The notes under the pieces were generated by a model that did no database searches, was not told where the DNA came from, and worked only from the letters and a program-made list of their open reading frames with translations. From assembly GCF_011386835.1 (NCBI RefSeq), contig NC_088791.1, positions 351,416,001-351,480,000 of the forward strand: DNA of 64,000 bases, written 5' to 3'. A program made the position numbers and the translations under genes. This document shows positions 59,466 through 64,000 of this stretch, piece by piece (position 1 is the first letter of the stretch; each line of letters opens with the position of its first letter). This DNA comes from Chrysemys picta bellii. Its lineage: Eukaryota.

Positions 59466-60242
59466 CCCCCCATCGACCTACTGCTGGGATTCTTACACCT
59501 TCTTCTGCAGCATCTGGGGCTGTCACTGTCACACAGAGTACACTGGACTAGATGGGCCATAGATCTGATCCACGATGCAGTTCATGTTGGATAGGAGCCA
59601 AGTTTCCGACATTGAAACAGATATTATCATGTTGGGCTATGACTTTGTGCTCAACAGAATGGACATGAAGGGCACAAGGGTATTTAGGGCTACAGGTCTG
59701 CACCTCTATTACATCTCTGGCTTCTTTCGGTGAGACTTTCTTGCAGGCACTGAGCTTTCTCTGAGTGACAAAGATGCTGGTCTCTATCGTGGAAGCACAA
59801 TGACTCTGAACAAGATTTGGGAGTGTGAAGGGATAATTAGCTAAACATGACTCCGAGTATTACCATGTGGCCAAAATAGCCAATGCAATCCTGGGATGAT
59901 AACTGGGGGAATCTCAAGTAGGAGTAGAGAGGTTATTTTACCTCTATATTTGGTGCTAGAGCATCTGCTGTTGAAATCTGTATCCAGTTCTGGTATCCAC
60001 AATTCAAAAAGGAGAGTGGAGAGATGAGCCACCAGAATAAGTAAAGAATTAAAAACCTGCCTTATAGTGTTACGGGGAGACATTAGCTCTTCAGTGTAGC
60101 AGAGAAAGGTCTAACACAATCCAGTGGCTGGAAGTTGAAGTTAGACACATTCTGACTGGAAATAAGGTATACGCTTTAAAAATGGTGAGAGTAATTAACA
60201 ATGGGAAAAATTGTAAAATAAAGACTGGATGTTTCTCTCCAA

Positions 60243-60660
60243 CAATGGGTCTCAGTATTTCCAGATGACAGTATCCCTTTCAGGAGTCTGATTTGTTTTG
60301 CGTACCCCAACTTTCACCTCACTTCAAAACTACTTGCTTACGAAATCAGACATAAAAGTACCCTAGTGACACAGCACACTATTACTGAAAAATTGCTTAC
60401 GTTCTAATTTTTACCATGTACAAGTACCATGTACGAATGAATGTACAAGTAAATAAATTGGAATACAAATATTTTACTTACATTTTAGTGTATAGAATAT
60501 AGAGGAGTGTAAACATGTCTGTAGGAAATTTTAGTTTGTCCTGACTTCACTACTGCTTTCCATGTAGCCTGTTGTAAAATTAGACAACTATCTAGAGGAG
60601 TTGACATGGAAGGCCTCTGTGCACCTCTAAGGGTATGTGTACCCTTGTTGAGAACCACTG
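60243..60660. mobile_element. AT-rich hAT (Charlie-like) MITE, paralogue
   Basis: caatgggtctca ... ttgagaaccactg. Confidence 0.65.
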
Positions 60661-61834
60661 CTCTAAAAGACCTTCTCTATTTCAAACATGAATTATTTCA
60701 TGGCAGGTCTCTGGCCTGTGCTATGCAGGAGGTCAGACTACATGAACAGAACGGTCCCTTCTGGCTTTGGAATCTACAAACATGTCCTCAGGAGGCAGCT
60801 AGAGGCATTTTGCCTGCACGCTGAAGCCAGAGTTTACTGAAGGAATTTTTTTTCTATTTGTGACAGTGGTGATTTTAACCCTATGGGGAGAAATTCCAGT
60901 GTGAGTGTGGTGCCTGAGAAATGTGACAATAGGTGGGTATTCCACGAGGCTGAGGGATCCCGTGACACACTGCATGGATGAACGTTTTAGGTGAGAAAAG
61001 TAATGACTTGAGCCCATAAAATCTCTGCACTGAGGAATGTATGTACAAGTGTCACCGTGAAAGGCTAACAGAGCTGGCTTAGAAATGGTCTCAGAGCATC
61101 CTGGGTTTAACGTCTGTGTCCCAGTGGCCCACTTGTTTCAGGCATCTGCCAGAGGCTCCTGCACATGGTAGCTGTCGTAATCTAGGCCCTCACATGTCCC
61201 AGAGTTTCCAACTCTCCTTATATAATGTGCAAACTTCTCGGCTTGCGAATTGTTCCTGTGTAGCAGTCCCCGAAGCTCATGCGGTGTCTATGGGTGCAAC
61301 AAGAAAAGCAGCACAGATGCCCTGGCATTTGCCACTCGTGTGTGAGATTCTCACTGGTGAGCCACAGTCACTGATTACCCCCCAGCCAAGGGAGCAGGTG
61401 TGATGGGAGGCACCTCACCCCTTGCAGAGGAAGAGTTGTGGTGGGCATAGGGCAGCTCGGAGGTTGTGGGAGCCAGGGATGACTGGGGAGCATGAAGCAG
61501 ACACTAGCGTTCAGCGTGCTGTCGGAATCAGGGCACCCTGCGATGGGGAAGGAGAGTATGGACAGAGGCTCAGGGGATAATGGAAGATTGAACCATCTGA
61601 GAAGCAAAGATCAATGGCTCTTTTCACTGGTGTAATGCCTATAGTTATGTAACAACAACAATTGGAAACAAAACAGTAAAGGTTGTGACACCCAGGCTGC
61701 AGCTCTGTGGCTTGCCAGAGAAGAGAGTCCCTGAGACCCACCCACATGCATTCAAGGCCAGGAAAGGTCCCAGCGCTGGCCTTGTACCAATCAGAAAGGA
61801 AAATTAAAAATCAACAGTGCAGCTTGCCTGACCA

Positions 61835-62225
61835 TGTAAACATCGCTCCCTGCCCCCACAAGGCCCAGTGTTTGCTCGCCTGTCCATGTACACGCAATCC
61901 CCATCCCCAGACAAACCAATGCTATCCACCTGTCCATGTACCCACTGCCTACCCCACAGCCTACACCCTGCTCTACACTCTCACCACCCACAGCATTTGC
62001 TCAGCTGTACATGAGCACCTCCTGCCTACCCCACAACCCCCATTACTTCCTGCCTGTCGGTGTACACCCTGCTCCCAGCCCTCACAACCCCCAGCATTTG
62101 CTTGCCTGTCTGTGTACACCCCCCCATCCCACAACACCCAACACTCCCTGCTTGTCTGTGTACACCCCCCGACTGTCACCCAACACCCAATGCTCCTCAC
62201 CTTTCTGTGTATGTCCCCCATCCCC
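61835..62225. repeat. Paralogous degenerate C-rich minisatellite
   Basis: Same unit motif as 37945-38400, different unit composition. Confidence 0.65.
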
Positions 62226-63796
62226 ACAACGCACACTACTGCCACACAGTGATACCACTCAACCAGGACAAAAACCAAGTGCCAGACCCCACAGCAACTG
62301 CTCACAGAAATATCTGACTATGTTAAACTCACTTTCTGCCTGCACAGGGGAAAAGAGGGAGATCTGTCTGAACTGCCTCTCTAGGGGTGAAGGGAACCCC
62401 AGCAGCAGACTTGGAGGGAGGGAGAGAGGACATGGAGACTAAAAAGGAGACAGCATGAGTAACTCTTCCTCAAAAGACCCAAAGGTTTATTGTATTGCAG
62501 TCTGTTTAAAAACCCAGACACCCCTTCTTGAAGCTGCTTTTCCATGTTGGCTATTGCTGATATTACCACGAGGCTGTAGTGGGATTGCTCACAGATGAAG
62601 GGTGGTCTATATGGGGGATGGTGTTAGAGACAATCTGCTACAGTGTGGTCCACATTATGTTACAATCTGAGACACCTCCCCGTCCCAGGAGGCCTCATTA
62701 CACCTCTTTGGTCTGTGCATTAGGCAGGATGTCGGTTCCCTATTTCGACCAGTTTCAGGACCTGATGGCACTGTGGTCTGGATAGAGCACATCTCCCCCC
62801 TGCACACACACACACACACTGTGTATTCTGGGACCTCCCCTGGTGACATTTTCAACACTGCCTGGTTTCCTCTAAGCCACAAACACGCTTTTATTTTCAT
62901 GGTTCTCGTCCTCTTGAGAACCAGAGATGCCACAGCACACAGAGCGGAGACCCCTCTCCCTACACAAAGAATTGTTATCCTCATTGTTCTGAATCTATAA
63001 GTCTGTGAGTGTGAGATTTCAGCAATACGCCTGTCAGTTGTTATTTTTGGTCCAAACAAGCTCACCCATCCTTAGAGACCATAGGACGATTCCAGTTGAA
63101 GACACCGGAGGCTCACGGCCGGTGTAAATAAGGTCATTTATTTAAGTCCCTACATGTGGATTTAGAGTGAAATCCTGGCTGTGTTGGGATTTTGCCGTTG
63201 ATCTCAGTGGGTCCTGCTACTGAGGGCATTATTTTGTTTTGCTCAGAAAGAGTCTGAAGGAAACTCCCAGTTCATGTGGCGTTCTGGGACCAGGCATAAA
63301 AGATGGGGATTCCAAGACACATGGGCTTTGACTTTGCTCTCAGGGAGGCCAGTGTCAATTGGGGTGACCCACTGAAGGCAGAATGTGAGAGCAGAATCTG
63401 GCCAATGTGTGACCCATGCTTGTTGTGAACCCTCTAGTAACACAGATACCCACTGCAAAGGTTTTGACTTCACTTCTTAAGATGCCAGTGAATTTGCTGA
63501 ATTGGAAAACTTGAGCGAACCAGAGGAAAAACCGCACAGCCCAAAAAAAGAAGCTATTGAGACAGATAGAACGACACAGTAAGAGACAAGGAACTGATCT
63601 TAAAAAACAAGTATTTGTCTAAACTATTTCCAATACATTTGTAGTTCCAATTTTACCAAGTGAATCTCTTGAACTGTTTAGTATTGTCAGAAACACCAAG
63701 TCACCGAGTTGCTGAATTCCTGCCCAGATGGTTCTTGAGTTGAACCCTGGAACCCTTCCTGAGCCCTCAGCACTAACTTTAATGCAGAAACAGGCA

Positions 63797-64000
63797 ACTC
63801 ACCACAATCCTGCTTAGCAGAGAGAAGAAATCTCCTTACGGCGACAGGAAGGAAGAGCCTTAAGAATCAAGGTATGAATCTCACATGTCTGACAGTCACC
63901 ATGCTGGGCAGCGATCTTTATGATTCCCCTGTACAGTCCCTGCAGACTCTCAGATTGGCCAGGACTCCCAGACAATTCTCTTGGCTCTGTGAGCGGGGGA
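63797..64000 (-). promoter_or_regulatory. Candidate promoter / first exon of OR52 paralogue 5 (runs off the window)
   Basis: G|GTGAGT donor at 63797-63803; conserved TTTATGATT block near 63.92 kb. Confidence 0.42.

Larger units (their letters stand above)
10540..64000. repeat. Tandem segmental duplication array, five OR52-containing units of about 10-15 kb
   Basis: Same ordered markers recur: hAT fossil (11.6, 21.1, 30.6, 45.7, 56.3 kb), OR CDS, and the block cccagtttatgtggcgttctg..catgaaagatggggattcc (16.66, 24.74, 39.43, 51.97, 63.27 kb). Confidence 0.9.

Overview
Vertebrate genomic DNA, most likely a turtle (inferred from the repeat content: PsCR1-type LINEs with ATTCTATG tails, a tortoise Pol III/SINE-like element, Penelope-like elements). 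The window is part of a class I olfactory receptor (OR) cluster with six intact single-coding-exon ORs. One OR51-family gene lies on + (1323-2288). Five OR52-family paralogues lie on - (true ATGs at 14175, 23687, 33296, 48409, 58249) in a tandem segmental array of roughly 10-15 kb units. Each unit carries a degraded hAT transposon just 3' of the OR, a conserved splice acceptor 44 nt before the ATG, and a conserved upstream block with a GTGAGT donor and O/E(EBF)-like sites next to a Gypsy RT remnant. The rest is transposon debris: CR1, Penelope-like elements with hammerhead-ribozyme motifs, hAT MITEs, SINEs, LTR-like and DIRS fragments. Almost all other ORFs in the track are antisense or shadow frames of ORs and repeats. 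I found no convincing wholly new biological system. The best leads are the predicted promoter/5' exon architecture of the OR52 array, ligand-pocket divergence among paralogues, Penelope hammerhead motifs and rearrangements, and a chain of short fragments from different TE classes at 9.45-10.3 kb. All comparisons were made by eye; boundaries of old repeats are approximate.
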